From the human T2T-CHM13v2.0 reference genome, Homo sapiens, in the NCBI RefSeq assembly GCF_009914755.1, contig NC_060926.1: a stretch of 64,000 nucleotides of DNA, one strand, 5' to 3'. Positions 14,886 through 31,880 of the stretch are shown piece by piece (within the stretch, counting starts at the first letter, position 1; each line of letters starts with the position of its first letter). The notes under the pieces were generated by a model. It saw only the letters and a program-made list of their open reading frames with translations. It searched no databases and had not been told where the DNA came from. A program made the translations under genes and the position numbers.

Positions 14886-15275
14886 AAAGAAAAGGATTAG
14901 AATTTCTTTTGCCTTGTGTTTTCATCATCTAAAAAAGGGGAAAAGTATAAATTCCACTATGAATTTTTTTGAAAAATAAATTTCAGCATAAAGGAGTACC
15001 TGCTCATTAGAGTAAATTCAAAACAAAAGCAAAAACAAAAATGTTTTAATAGACATCTTGCAGTGGTGGTCTAGAAAATGTATTTTTCAAGGAAGTGTGG
15101 TTAGAAATTAATAGAATGTCTCCAAGGTTGTAGTATTGGGTTGATAGTCCCAATTTCCATTCTGAGTTTTTATGTACTCTGGATCTTTTAAAATATAAAA
15201 AAATTAGGAAGTTAAGGCAGGTTCTGTTAAGAGGATTCTAATTTTAAGGCTCTAAATTTAAATTTAAAATGCTTA

Positions 15276-15629
<354 letters not shown>

Positions 15630-16292
15630 TTATAAACCATTTTCTTATAGACTTAGTTTTCAAAACAAATCTGTAAAGAAAATATATTATTCTCATTCGA
15701 CAGATGACAAACAAAATTTGTCAGGGCTTGGCACCTGCAGCACAGGTTAGAGATTGCATTCATTCCCAGCTCTGCCAGAAACCAGGCAAGTCATTTACCA
15801 CCAAGTGTTAGTTTGTTACATGTTTGAGAGGGCTTATCATCTGTAGATACTCAAGTTAACCTAAGAAATTTTACTACAGTCAAATACCAGGTAGGACAGG
15901 CATGTAATATAAAGGGGGTAAGAGGATAAATGAGTAAAAGGGTAAAAATGGTATTTGAGAATCTATATTGCAGCAAAATGAATAATGAAAATCATGATAA
16001 TAAATCAGGGTCATCGGTATGTGTGCAAAGTAATTATTTAGTAGAGCTGTTCTGTCCTTGTTCGTATAGTCTCAGCTGAAAATTGACTAACAGATATGGC
16101 ATATTATTAGCTGCTTTGCAATGACTCCTTGGGCAGTTAGAGTTTTCTGAGGAATACTTGTCCATGGAGCAGGTCCTCAGGTGATGAAACCATCACTTCC
16201 TTCTGGATCCCACAACCTCACCAGGCAGAACTACTGTCTACTTGCAGTCCTCATGCTGCCTCTCTAAAATTCAAAGAATTCAAAATTATCTT

Positions 16293-16630
16293 TTCAATAA
16301 ACATTAGCTGAGCATCTAACATGTAACTAGCAATGTGCTCTGTTCTGTAATATAGAAATATTAAGAAGGATTAGACTATGCTTCTTCAGTGCATAGTCTT
16401 CTAAAGTAGTTGGCTTATAAACAAAAAACATTTATTTCTCACAGTTTTGGAGGCTGGAAACTCCGAGATTAAGGCACCAGCAGGTTTGATAACAGATATG
16501 GCATATTATAATCTTATAAGTAATTTGGTAAGTTTATGATGTTATAGAAGTTAATGTGCAAGGCATACAGGAGACCCATGTGTGCCCAAGCGGGTCAGGA
16601 ACACTTTCCCAGAGGAGGAATTTGATCAGG
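16293..16630 (-). mobile_element. L2 3' fragment interrupted by a templated insertion
   Basis: ttcaataaacattagctgagcatctaacatgt is an L2 3' end; L2-like sequence resumes after about 16510 (gggtcaggaacactttcccagaggagg). Confidence 0.55.
16402..16491 (-). repeat. 90-bp inverted copy of 18659-18748
   Basis: Manual alignment gives 86/90 identity without gaps. Confidence 0.95.
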
Positions 16631-17266
16631 TGACAGAAGTTCTCATGCAACTCAGAAACTTACAAAACAGAGATCTCAGATCCTTATCTCATAGCATCTC
16701 CAGTTGCCTGACTTGATCCTAAGGCTGTAATAGGGGAGCACCAAAACAGAATCCCATAGACTCAAGTCAAGACCTACTCTTATAAACAAATGGAAATAAA
16801 GCTTAGTACAAGTGAGAGAATCTTGTGTGCCCTATGAGTCATACCCTTCAGCAATGTGTCTCTTGCATCACTGAAGCTGTGCAAGGGAATCAAGTGCAGC
16901 AAATAAGTCAGGGGCAGAGGTTCCATCTACAGGAGAGGACGACACCTGTGGACCCGACTCTGGGAGGCAGAAGCACCTAGCCTGAGGTGGAGATTCAAGC
17001 CTCATCTATGTATAGCCCTGACACAGCTTCCACAGCACCCTCATATCACATGCAAAGGACAGGTGTGTCTTCCATTTAGCCTGCTAAATCAGGCCTGCCA
17101 ACCCCTGCCTCCTGAGGAGGCTTTCAGAATTAACTAGACCATGTTGGCAGCTAACTAGACAGCTAAGGAAAGAAAGCATTACCTCATCTTTGCACTGGCT
17201 CATTTGATATTCCACCTTCAATTACTCCAACTGAAAGTTGAAATAAAAATAAAAAGTTATGGCCTT

Positions 17267-17378
17267 TGTGTGTGTGTATGTGGGTGTGTGTGGATGTGTT
17301 TTTGTGTGTGAAAGGAGAAATAGAGAAAGAGAGCAATAGAGATTTGAGGTTTTAGAGACAGAGAGAAAAGAAGGAGAA
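17267..17378. repeat. Degenerate (TG)n followed by GA-rich low-complexity sequence
   Basis: Seen directly in the sequence. Confidence 0.8.
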
Positions 17379-18430
17379 AGTATTTGTGTTAGGTTCTGGG
17401 AGTGCAATTTGGGAAAAGTAGAGAGCATTACGAAAAAAAGAGCCAAAAATACATTCATTAATATTCATTAATTTGCTTGTCTTTTTAAAGACTTGACTAT
17501 CTATTATGGGTTAAGTACTATGATGGACAGTGAGGATGTAGCGTGAACCAGACAGAAATAGCCCAATTCCATCACACCTTTAGTTCCTAGGGAACCACTG
17601 AATTGGTAAAAAGTTCATGTATTCTTGGAATTCTGGTGGCAGTTCTATTTCACCCTGAAGACCTGAACCAACTTTCTAGGCAGCCTGGGAGTCCAGGACA
17701 CAGACACAGAAGGAGTTCCCAGAGCCAGAGTGAATATGAGGTTGTACTGACATTGACTGTTGGGCACAGAGCCCTTGTAATGAAATGTCTAGGCCATAGA
17801 TGTATATGTCAGATTTAAATAGGTCTGAGAGACATCAAAGAAAGTGGAACTTGGAGAATGATAACGAAAGGGAGTGAGATTTGCGGTAAATGGAATATGG
17901 GACTCAAGAAGAATGCCTGGAGTGCTTGAGCCTAACAGCCAGCTAATTGGGTCCCTTGAGTTTGGAGGGACGGGTAAAAAGTGGGAAGCCAAATTAGATG
18001 TGCCAACCAAAGGAAGTTCAAAGGTGAATGGGTTTCTTTCCTTAAGGACTTTGATAGCCTTGTAAACTGACAATGCTGAAACAATGTGGTTAGTGCAAGG
18101 AGGAGGAGACAGCCTGCATGCTGTATTACTGATCAGACAGAGAAGGCAAGCAGGAGGACTTTCTGTAGGACTTTCTGGAGGAGAACTCAGGGAAGAGAAA
18201 GAGGAAGTTAGCTTTTCGACAATGGAAAAGGGGCATTTTATAAGACAAGCTTTCATGAATCTAAGGTTTTTGTAGTTCTATGAGTTTCAAGGCAATCTTG
18301 ATTGAAGTATTATGAGTAGGAAAGACATAAGCACACGGTTTGTGAAATGCTCTTTTATTCTAGCTCTAAGTAGAAGAGTTTCACACTTAATGAAAATAAA
18401 GGAGACAGAGTTATTCATTCAGGAACAGGA

Positions 18431-18785
18431 TGCTATGGCTTGAATATTTGTGTTACCACAACATTCATATGTTGAAATTCTAACCCATAATGTGATGGTT
18501 TTAAGAGGTAGGGCCTTTGGAAGGTGAGGGTGAAGCCTTCATGAATGGGATTAGTGCCCTTATGAAAGAAACCTCGGAGAGCTGCCTAACGTTTTCAGCC
18601 ATGAAAGAACATAGTCAGAAGGCACCAACCATGAACAGGGAAGACAGTTCTCACTAGATATCAAACCTGCTGGTGTCTTAATCTCGGAGTTTCCAGCCTC
18701 CAAAATTGTGAGAAATACATGTGTTTTGTTTATAAGCCAACTACTTTACAATATTTTATTATATAAACTTGAACAGACTAAGACA
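18431..18785 (+). mobile_element. MaLR solo LTR, MLT1A/MLT1A0-like
   Basis: tgctatggcttgaat...gaatgggattagtgcccttat...ttccagcctccaaaattgtgagaaat...actaagaca. Confidence 0.85.
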
Positions 18786-20054
18786 CAGCGTTTTCATGAT
18801 GAGGTAGTGAGGAATTAAACTGGTATCATTACCACTAATGTGAAAGGGAGAAGACAATTCACAATCACATCACGGAATTCTGTAAAAGCTTTATCTCATC
18901 AATGATGTTTCTCTAATACAGAGTGTCTCCATGAAGTGATTTGTTTTTTTATTTCATTTTTGGCATAAGATAAACTGGTAGAAAGGCATTCATCTTGGGG
19001 TAAAAAAACTTTGGCTGTGAGCTCCAACTCTGGAACTCATTAACATAATTTAAGACATTGATCAAGTCACTTTGGCTCCCTGAGCCTCTATTTCTCTACC
19101 TCTCAAATATGAAAGGGAGGTGAGGCCATTTCGAAGCTTCCTTCCCAGTAGAATACTGTACATTTAACTATATATTGCAAATGAGAGTGAGGATTGATAA
19201 ATAGGAATCTGTTTGCCTTAACTCATATTCATTTAAAGAAATTGAAGAAATTATGACTATAGACCTCCACTAGGGGGATGAGCCATGCTTGCTGGGCCCC
19301 ATTCTACTTGCAGCCCTCTAAAATGAGTGAGATGGCTCAGGGCTTTGTACAGGGAGTATGAGCATGAACCACACCAGCTAAAGGCTTAAGATTTCAGCTC
19401 AGCCATGCTGGCTGCAACAATGAAGACATGAAATGAGTATAAGGAGGATAAATGAAGATAACAAATAAGTAATACATAGGATTAAATGTTTGCAAAATGT
19501 GCCAGAGTGGAGTGCAGCCACGGGAGACAGCCAAAGTACATTAAGTGGAGACAGAGGAGGGAAGGTGAGGATGATGTTTCTTTGTGGAAGGCTCATCATC
19601 AAGACTGTATCCCCAGGGAGCCTGTGCATGGGGATTACCATTACTCATAAGCCATGTGCATGGCCTGTGCAAAATAAGCCTCCACAAAGTTGTGCTGTAA
19701 TTATGAGGATTTCAGCATGATTTTTAAAGCACTAAACTTGTTTTTCAGCCAAGATCTTCTGGTGTGCATTTGTGTGTGTGCCTGTGCCAACATGTGATAG
19801 TCGTGGGCAGAAACTCCAAAAGTAAAGCATAAAGCTTTTCTCATATGTACCCCCAACTATGATTAAAAAGCCTGTGCTTGACAGAGAAAAAAACAAAATA
19901 ATATTTTATTAGAAAGTAAGTTTATTAAAGCAGCTAAGAACATGGGCTCTGGAGGCAGATTCCTTCAGAGAGGAAATCTCTGCTGTCAAATTTATTAGTA
20001 GATGTGTGACCTAAGGCCTACTTCAGTTTCTTCATTCTTAAAATGAGCATTATA

Positions 20055-20735
<681 letters not shown>

Positions 20736-20757
20736 AAACAAGCATTATACAAATACT

Positions 20758-21356
20758 TGTAAACAAAATTCTAACCCTCTCCCCCTACAGCCATCTGAAA
20801 GGACCCCTCTTTTCAGCTGAGTGCATTCCAAGGTCAACCTGAAAAACTAGTTCAGGCCATGATGGAAGTGGGGTTTTGACATTATACCCTCCTCAGTTTT
20901 GTAATTCAGGAAAAGCCAACCAGCATTAACATCAACACAGACCTTAAATCTGATGAAAAGCATTTACTATCTATTCTCTCTGAAGTCTGCTAGCTGGAGG
21001 CTTCATCTGCATAATAAAACCTTGGTCTCCACAACTCCTTATTGTAACCCAGACATTCCTTTCTATTGATGATAACTCTTTCAACCAATTGCCAATCAGA
21101 AAATTTTAAAATCTATCTAAGAACTGGAAGGCCCCTTCCCCTTTGAGTTGTCCTGCCCTTCCAGATCAAACCAATGTAAATTTTACATGTATTTATTGAT
21201 GTCTCATGTCTCCCTCAGCTGTACAAAAGCAAGCTGTACCCCAACCACTTGGGCCCATGTCTTCAGGAACTCTTCAGACTGTGTTAAGGACCTATCCTTA
21301 ACCTTGGCAAAATAAACTTTCCAAATTGGTTGAGAACTGTCTCAGATACTTTTATG
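20758..21356 (+). mobile_element. ERV1 solo LTR, MER4 family (MER4B/D-like)
   Basis: tgtaaacaaaattctaa...acctgaaaaactagttcaggccatgatggaag...accttggcaaaataaac...tgtctcagatactttt. Confidence 0.82.
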
Positions 21357-23784
21357 TCATAAGATTGTCGTGAAAATTAAATGAGTATTTTTACGTTACA
21401 AAAGAAATAGAGCAGGGATTGCCATATAGAATGTGCTCAAAATTGAAGGCTTTTCTGAAAAGAATGTTTTAAGAAAAAATAAAAAAAAGCAGAGCTACAG
21501 AAAGAAGAAAAGTTTTTTAAAAAAGTTATGTTTAATTCAGGTCCTACAACACATTTTTTTTTTTGAAGGACAATGTATTGTTCCCATTTTTCATTTATCA
21601 TATATAAGATAAATGAGTTCTAGCAAGTTGGTACTTTAGAGTAAAAATTCCACAGGGGAAAAGATGGTTTCTACATTGCAGATTTTACATTGATGTTCTC
21701 TGTTCTTCAAACCAGTAGTTTTGTTTTTATCCTTAGCTTCCATGCATGAGGCAGTGGGTTCGTAGCTAACCTTGCTCACATTATAGGCATGATTTAAAGT
21801 ATCTTGCTTCTTACTCAGAATTATTTAAGCTCATTCAATTCTTGAACTCATCCCAGAGCTCAATCCAAAATCTCCATTTTTTGTCCCCTAAATTAGTTCC
21901 TTCTCCCTTCTCACACCCCAGGAGATGGATTAAAGTTTCCTTCTTTTTATCACTCTATTTAAGTGCTTATAAGCGTTGTCTTTTAGCAAGGCTTCTCCTC
22001 AAAGAAATGCAAATGATAAAGGCGCCTGTTTGTTCCTGCAGAGGATAAAAAGAAGAGTGAAGTATGCGATGTCTCTGGGAGAATAAGTTTTTTTCTGAAC
22101 AGTTCTAATAGGATGGGGTGAGATAAGTAGTTCTTTAACAGATATACAAAAGAAAGGCTTGGGAGGTCTAAAGGGGGTAGTTTTTTATCCTGATCAGGTG
22201 AAAATTAAAATCTTTAGAAAGAAGATGGTTGTAGAAACTGCTGGGGAAAAGGGTAAGCTTCCTCTTTACCGCCAGAAGGTTCACTGAAATAAACTGACAA
22301 TAGACAGGTTAAAAGGAGAAAAGGCATCCATGCTTATGAACCTGCATAACCATGGGAGCCATATGAAATAGGAGACTGAAAGAAGGGCCAGATGGCTGAA
22401 GCTTAAATAGGACTTCGTAGGCAAGAAGGAGACAGGGAATGTAGGCAACTTTGAAGGGTAATAAATGATTGCTAGGGGAAGTAAATCGGCCCAAAGAGCA
22501 ACATTTTGTAACTGGTTCTCTGAAAACTGAATAGAACCAAAGACAAGACAGTAGCTTGGGATAAAGTTCGTCTGAGCTCTGGAGGAAGTGGGAAGTGAAA
22601 CTTCATTGTGAACAAAGATTATTTTATTACATAGATAAAGTCTCCCAGGTAATTTATGGAAAAAAAAATGTGTGGTGTGGTGACAACTTTTAGTTCTTTC
22701 TTTTCTCAGGTGGTTAATCTTTCCAGGTTATTTGATAAGACTCTTACGAAGCAATTTTAAGACTTGCATTTCTTTTGAAAGACCTTTCCTCAGTCAGATA
22801 GGGGAACTTCCAGAGATAGCCCCTCAGAGAAACAGGTGAAGGTGGGGGTTGAGAAATAAGAGAAGGTTAGAAAGTCCTTGGTTCTGAGGCTGCTTCTACA
22901 GTCTTCCAACTGCCTTTAATTCAAAGGTGCTCAGCATGCCAAAGCTCCATACCTTGGTATATTGTGCTCTGAGCCCTAACATTTCCCTGCTCAAATATTT
23001 CTAAAAGTTTCATACATCAAAAACTAAGTTGGTGGCCGTGAAGAAAAAAAACATATATTTTAGTAGCTCGGTGGCAAAGGATACCATTAAACCACTCTCC
23101 TATCTCCGGGTATTTGTCAGTCCAATTAAACAGTTGGTTTGTATTTCAGAAGGTAGTGTTTGGAGGCTTCCCATTAAAGTTAAGCCTCTATATGGCTCAA
23201 GCAAACAGGTCTTTAGCAAGAGGCATTTTTGTGGGCACAGAGGAAAAACAATGGTTAATGTTTGGTGTAGTCTACAAGCTAGTTTTTTGTTTGTTTACAG
23301 TTTAGAAGGCAGTCAGTTGAGAAGATTCCTAGATTTGGGTTTGAAGTATCTTCACTTGGAAATGAACCAGGCAGTGGCAATCTCACAGATTTTTCTGAAT
23401 TGTAGTTTATATCAGATGTTCCTGTGAACTCGCCCCAAAATTGTACCTGTAAGATTTGGGTGGATTCTTCTCTTCTTGAGGCTCGAAATAGCATGAGGCT
23501 CTGGGACCTGTCAGGAAGTGACATTTTTTACTTATAAGACTAGAAACTCTGTGAGGAAATCCTTTATTCAAGGTATGAGGCCAGGTTTCCAGGGGCTTCT
23601 ATAGCTTTATAATATCAACCTCAGTTCCTCAAAGCTGTCTACTCATATTGGAAGATATAATATTCCAGTCAAAGCCTTGGTAATATAATCAGTGCTTCCA
23701 ATTGTCCTGTTACAAAAAGAGCAGATACTTAATGAACTTATGCAAATAACTATATTGCCATAATAAAAGCATACTCACAAATAG

Positions 23785-24154
23785 TGATATGGTTGGTCCC
23801 CACTCAAATCTCATCTTGAATTGTAATCCCCATAATCCCCACATGTCCTGGAAGGGAATGGTGGGAAGTAATGGAGTCATGGGGGTGGTTTCCCCATGCT
23901 GTTCTTGTGATAGTGTGTGAGTTCTCACGAGATCTGATGGTTTTATAAATGGCTCTTCCTGCTTCACTTAGCACTTCTCCTTCCTGCTGCCTTGTAAAAA
24001 AGGTGCCTTGCTTCCTCTTCACCTTCCACCATGATTGTAAGTTTCCTGAGGCCTCCTGAGTAATGCAAAACTGTGAGTCAATTAAACCTCTTCTCTTTAT
24101 AAATTACCTAGTCTTAGATATTTCATCATAGTAGCATGAGAACAGACCAATACA
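23785..24154 (+). mobile_element. THE1D-like MaLR solo LTR inside the ERV internal region
   Basis: tgatatggtt...caaatctcatcttgaattgta...gattgtaagtttcctgaggcctcc...aataca; TSD aatag/aataa. Confidence 0.88.
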
Positions 24155-26533
24155 AATAATTTCCAAATTTTAGAGAAATCATGCAAAAAAAAATGCTTCA
24201 ATTATGTTTACAAAAGTATATATTACCAAATTGCTGGAAGTCATAGAATGCTTAAAAAATGTCTTTTTGCATCTGGAAAACAAAACATAAAAAGAATCAG
24301 CAACGTTTCAAACAAAATTCATAAAAATTATAACCTCTCATTAGTTTAGTTCCTTATAATTAATTTTGTTCTACTTGATGTTGAGTTAGCAATTTCATGA
24401 GTCCAGTTTTTGCATTAGTTTTGGAAATTCTTACCAGGTCCAATAATATCAGAAATTACCAGAAACTCATACTTGTCGGAGTCCTTTTTTTTCCATATAT
24501 CTTTAAAGACAACAGTTTATAATTAATTTTTCCCATATGTCCTTAATGACAACACTTTATAATTCCCTATAAAAAAGCTTCAGACAAAACATCAGAATAA
24601 AACAATTAGCTTTAAGCAACAAGAATTAAAATGACCATGGTTGAATATCTGATGGTAGTTCATTATAATAATGTCGCAAATGACAAGGAAGTTTGCTTAT
24701 ATTTGTAGCCGACAATAATTTAATAGCCAAAATTATGACTGATAACATATACCATGACATATCAGATATTTAGGAAACTCATAAAATTTGGAACACATAT
24801 GAATAGTATATCTATGCAAGTGTAACTCAAAAGAGGTCAAACCTAATTTTTTATTTGGCAGTGCTCTCTATGTATTAAACATATCAAATAACCTTAATTG
24901 GTTTGTTATCTCTGTTTTGTACCTTTAGGTGCTATTCTGGAACTTCCAAAACTCAGTTTGAGGTCAAAAAGACTTCATTTGTATTTTGGAATTTTTTTTT
25001 TTTAAATAAAGGTTTAAAACACTTCATTAAAAATAGGATCACAGATTATTACAAAATAATAGTCATTCATTCCACTAACCAGAATTAGAATTAAAAGGCT
25101 CAAAAGAAAATACAAGATGTTAAATAGATGTTAAAAAAAATTATTTACTCTTTCATAGAAAGTAGACTCCATTTTTACAGCTAATCAGAAGACTTAGAAA
25201 AGAGAGCACAAGCTCACAGAATGTGTCTCTCTCACTCATCCTCTTTTTGTAATTCACTCAAAAGATTAACAATTTTTTTAATTTTAATCTTTTATCAATA
25301 TTACATGAAAATCTTAATTCAAAGAAAACATTAATGTTTACTTTTGTATCAGTGTACTTTTGATATTAAAGCTCATCTTAAGAAAAGTTCATAAATAATT
25401 TCCTTTTAATCTTTGTCAATTGATTACACATAAAATTTTTATGATTCATCCTTTATAAAATTTTTATAACTTTTTAAGACATTTTACAACTTTTTTAAAC
25501 AGATATATATGTTTTACTCATGTAACTTTCTATAAATCTCTCTCTTCTACTTACTGATTTCTTTCTACCTTGTTTATTTCTGTACTAAATCCATATTTTT
25601 AAAGAACCTTTTAAAAACCTCTACATTGGACAAAAATTACTTTTTCTTTAACAAAAATACATTTTCATGTCTATTTAAAATAATTTTTCTCACCAAAACA
25701 CACTTCTTACTTCTCTTGTATATCTTGCACACAGAATTGTTTCCATTAATTTTAGTAATTTTAATTACATATATTAATTAAAATTTTAATTATTAGCAAT
25801 TGTAAACCAGCATTCTGTAGACTAACACAATTTTATACTTTCTATAAATATGTGTTACCTCATAGAATAACATTTCAATGTGGAATAGTACATATTTACT
25901 AACTGGCCCAAATATATTTTGTCTTTTTATAAACTTAAGAAACCAAAAACAAATAAACATATGTTTAATAAGTAATGTTTTAATATTTCATCTTACTTGG
26001 AAATGACCTAGATATTCAATGAACACTCATTTAATTTAATTTAGTAAAACTCTAATGATGTAGTTACCAAAGAGATTTAGAAAAACTTTAAGTAAACGTA
26101 ATATAAAGCATAATTATTATTTTAAAAAGTTCATTTCTAAACTTTTATTCCAGTTACATGTATTTAATTAACTTGCATTTAGGTCAAATTCATACTGTTA
26201 TGATTTTAAACATCTAATAGTGATAAAAGTTGTGTGTCTGTATTAGATTTAATGTTGACAGACATCCTATTTTTAAATCAAGTAATGTTATTTTTATTTA
26301 CCAAAGATTATAAATCCACATAAACTTTAGAAGCATTTGAGCTTATTTTTTTATTTATAAATGCTCATTTATCACTAAGTCAATTCAGTACCATGTAGAC
26401 AGAATACAAACCCAAAGATATACACACGCATACATAAAAATATAGGCAGACCAAAATAAAGAATTTATAGCTCTGATTTTATAATTTTAATCATGAGGCA
26501 AGTAAAACTCACTAGTTTAAAAGGATAATTGGA

Positions 26534-26729
26534 GCCTGGCGCTTTGGCTCATGTCTGTAATCCCAACACTTTGGGAGGCTGAGGTGGGAGAAATGCTTGA
26601 GCCTTGGGAAGTTGAAGCTATAGTGAGCCGTGATCGCACCATGGCACTCCAACCTCGGCAACAAAGCAAGACCCTGTCTTGAAAACCAAACAAAAAAATG
26701 AAAACACACACACAAACAAAAAAACAAAA
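26534..26729 (+). mobile_element. FRAM-like Alu monomer
   Basis: Single right-arm-type monomer with A/C-rich tail; 16-bp TSD taaaaggataattgga (26518-26533) / taaaaggacaattgga (26730-26745). Confidence 0.85.
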
Positions 26730-29227
26730 TAAAAGGACAATTGGATACAAACTGTGTCTTTGTAAATGGAGCAAGTTAAAGACTGTCTATCTCACATGGA
26801 CAAAGCCCTTATTGAATTTTAGAAAAGACAAGGTAGGAAATTTACATATCATCAGCACAGAGAAAGAACATAAGTTTTTCCAAGAAGGTGTTTGGGTTTG
26901 TCAGGTGGAACAAAGAGGAAGATTTAAAATATATGTCAATGTAATATAAAATAATAGCAATCCATTACAGGATTTTATAAGAAAGTATACAAATGAGAGC
27001 CTATAAGAAAAGTTTAGAAGCCTGTTTTAAATAACTGATTGAATATAAGAAGGTTGTAGTTCAAAGACCAATTTTGTTAGATAGATGGTTTTTCAATTCA
27101 TTTTTTGTTTCTTAACTGGATTTTGATTTCAAGGCAGAGCCCGGTAACAAATAGGACCAACAAAGAATTTGTGGCTTCTGGGGCCTAATACTTATACATG
27201 TAAAAGACAGGTGTAACTGGAAGGCAAAGTACTAAGATCTTTAAAAATTAAGGACCTAAGCATGCAAAGAAACAAAACAAATCTGAATTTGCCCGCTGCA
27301 TAATGACCAGTACTGTAATTGCTGCCAATTATCTTTAAAATTGCTGGTCTTGCTGGTGACTCATGAGTTAATAAACACCCAAAGGTCGAGTGTCCTCTTA
27401 CAGTACAAAGTAGCCCTTGGTACTCCTAAAAACCCAAAAGATCACACAGCTGACTGTAAAACAGTGCAGAGCTTCAGACCTCAGTGGATGTAGTCCAGGA
27501 CTCTCGGGGCTCCATGAGGAAGGCTGAGGAGCCCAAAAATGCGTTGTGTGGTGCCTTTTCTGTGTTCCTTAAGGGGTGTCTGGATTGCTAAAGGCCTATT
27601 TTTGATGTTTTTATGTAATAACCAGAAGTGTGATGTTTTCTATTGGTAATTTTTTATCCACTGACCACCAAATGGAGGAGGTAGAAGCTTTAAGAAAAAT
27701 ATATCAAGGGAACCAGATGGAAGGTTGAGGCCATCAGAAAGAAGTGGAGGCATCAGTAAATGAAAGAACAAATCATAGAAGAGTCAGCTTGGGAGTTTTT
27801 CAGAAAGGCCTATGGAGTTTTACACTATCCCTGGCAAAAATCATGTCCACAAGAAAGAAAGACAGAGGAAACAGTGCATATGGTTAACAAGGATTCAGAA
27901 AGAGGAAGTTTCAGTCCACTGTGAAGTTTTCATGGGAGAAACAGGATCCTATAGAGAGATTAGAAAGACCTAAAAATGTGGCTGTTTTTAATAAAACAGT
28001 TTTTTACTTTAAACTGAACTGAATTGGGGAAGGAAAAGTCTCAGTCAGGAATCCAGACATCCAAATGATCTTCTGGTCAAAAGGATTTTACTTTTGTTTT
28101 AGGTCAGATTTTTGCTTTTCATTTTATTAGAAGAATTTCTAAGGCTTGTTGTGACACTATTATGTGTTTTTCTTTCAATTCAATCTTCCCATAAATGCCA
28201 ATTGTGTAATTGCATAATATGAGAGTTGTCTAATTTTTTTTTTCAAATATAGAAGACTTTCCAACTTAAAGAATATATTGTCTGGTTATCGACAATTAGG
28301 ATCTCCGATGGTACATTTATTCCAACAGAGACTCAATCCAATGAACCCCTTTATGGAATGACTAGATGCTAAATCTCCAAGTTCAGAATAAACTCTTTAA
28401 GCAGGAGGTTTCCAAAAAGGGTGCAGAAGATGCAGTTGCCATTGCCCCCAAATTTTCATCCACAGAAACAGACTAAGACGGCAAAAAGATATCTGCTACC
28501 ACAGGTGGTTAAAGATGGTGCTTACAAATAGTGTCTCTAGTCTCCACCCAAAATATGGGGTGCTGCTAGTCACAGACCTGTCAATCTATGACATTGGGTA
28601 GGCACTTCTGGTATTAGACTTTCTCAACACTAACCAGGCAACCGAAGTTGAAATAACAAAAGGCCCTTAGGGATGGGACTTCTTATTAAGAGAAACTCCC
28701 CTGAGAGCTTTGTACATTCAGACAAAGAGAGTGCTGCTGAATAACAATTTGTGTCTTGGGTTTCCAGTCTTCTCAGACTGGCCACTTGGCAGGACCCAAA
28801 AATTGGGCTCCCAGCTAGCAAAGACCAAAGGAGGAAGATTCCCACCTGGTCACAAAGCCAGGCTGTCAGGATATAAGATGAAAAGAGAACTTTATACACC
28901 AAAGTTCTTTTTATGATGAATGACACAAAAAGACAGGGACAGAGCAAAATGAAGACCAATTCTGGGAGGAAAAGGATGAGACGACATGAATATTCATACT
29001 AGATATAAACCAGAGTTGTAAAGACCAGTCCATACAAATGTTTTTCTCCTATTAATCTAAATTTGAAAAGGAAGGAAAGACAGGAAGTGATGTTTACCAC
29101 TCACTCAACTGGATTTTGTAGACAGAAATTAAGGAGGCTGACTGGTAAAGGTCTCTTACCTTTTTGCCAGCTTGTCAGTCCTAGGTTTTCTCAACTGTAG
29201 TTTCAAGTGGATCACGATGATTGTGGT

Positions 29228-29245
29228 ATACTGCCAACTATGCCG
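29228..29245 (-). promoter_or_regulatory. Decayed retroviral primer-binding site, tRNA-Ser type
   Basis: Plus strand atactgccaactatgccg versus tRNA-Ser 3' end atcctgccgactacgcca (14/18, two mismatches at CpGs), 4 nt from the 5' LTR end. Confidence 0.7.
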
Positions 29246-29790
29246 GATTTGCAGGGGTGAAAAACAAAACAAAACAAAACACCTTCTACCTCACCCTCTG
29301 AAGTTTGCTGAAATAAACGGATAACATAATGATTAATACAAGAAAGGACATACATATTTATTTATGTGGACAAGCTTAGGAGCCGTACAAAACACGAGAC
29401 TTCATGAATGACTAGGTGGCTGAAGCTTAAATAACTCCCTCCTTATAGGGATGAGGGAGATAAAAAAAAAACCTAGGCAATTCTGAAGCATAGTAAATGT
29501 TTTTTATGAGAAATGAATGGGCAAAGAGCAGATAACAGATTTTAAATGATATTCTTTGGAAATGAAATGGGACCATAGTACAGATAATAGCTTGGACCAA
29601 GGAAGGTGAGGTACAGAACTCTGCTATAAACAAAGGTTGCCATATTATACAAAAAAAGTCTTCCCTCCCTAAAGGGGTCCAATTTTTGGGTCCTGCCAAG
29701 TGGCCAGTCTGAAAAGACTGGAAACTGAACACACAAATTGTTATTCAGTAGCACTCTGTTTGTCCAAATGTATAAAGCAGAGGTTTTCTT

Positions 29791-31880
<2,090 letters not shown>

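Noticed and set aside
17789-18256. 155-aa minus-strand ORF, the longest outside L1
   Set aside because: Ser/Pro/Leu-rich translation of the complement of purine-rich DNA; no recognisable domain or exon structure.
19266-19282. CTCF-like ccactagggggatg
   Set aside because: Lacks the conserved GGC end and has no supporting context.
23029-23427. 132-aa plus-strand ORF in the ERV internal region
   Set aside because: Antisense to the provirus, no retroviral motifs, and not preserved as an equivalent ORF in the paralogous provirus.
29228-29245. tRNA-Ser-like sequence as a tRNA gene
   Set aside because: Only the 18-nt 3' end matches and it abuts an LTR, so it is a primer-binding site.
28630-29754. 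ORFs sharing the peptide LLNNNLC...FPVFSDWPLGRTQKL, suggesting a gene pair
   Set aside because: Explained by the inverted DNA duplication; not evidence of coding function.
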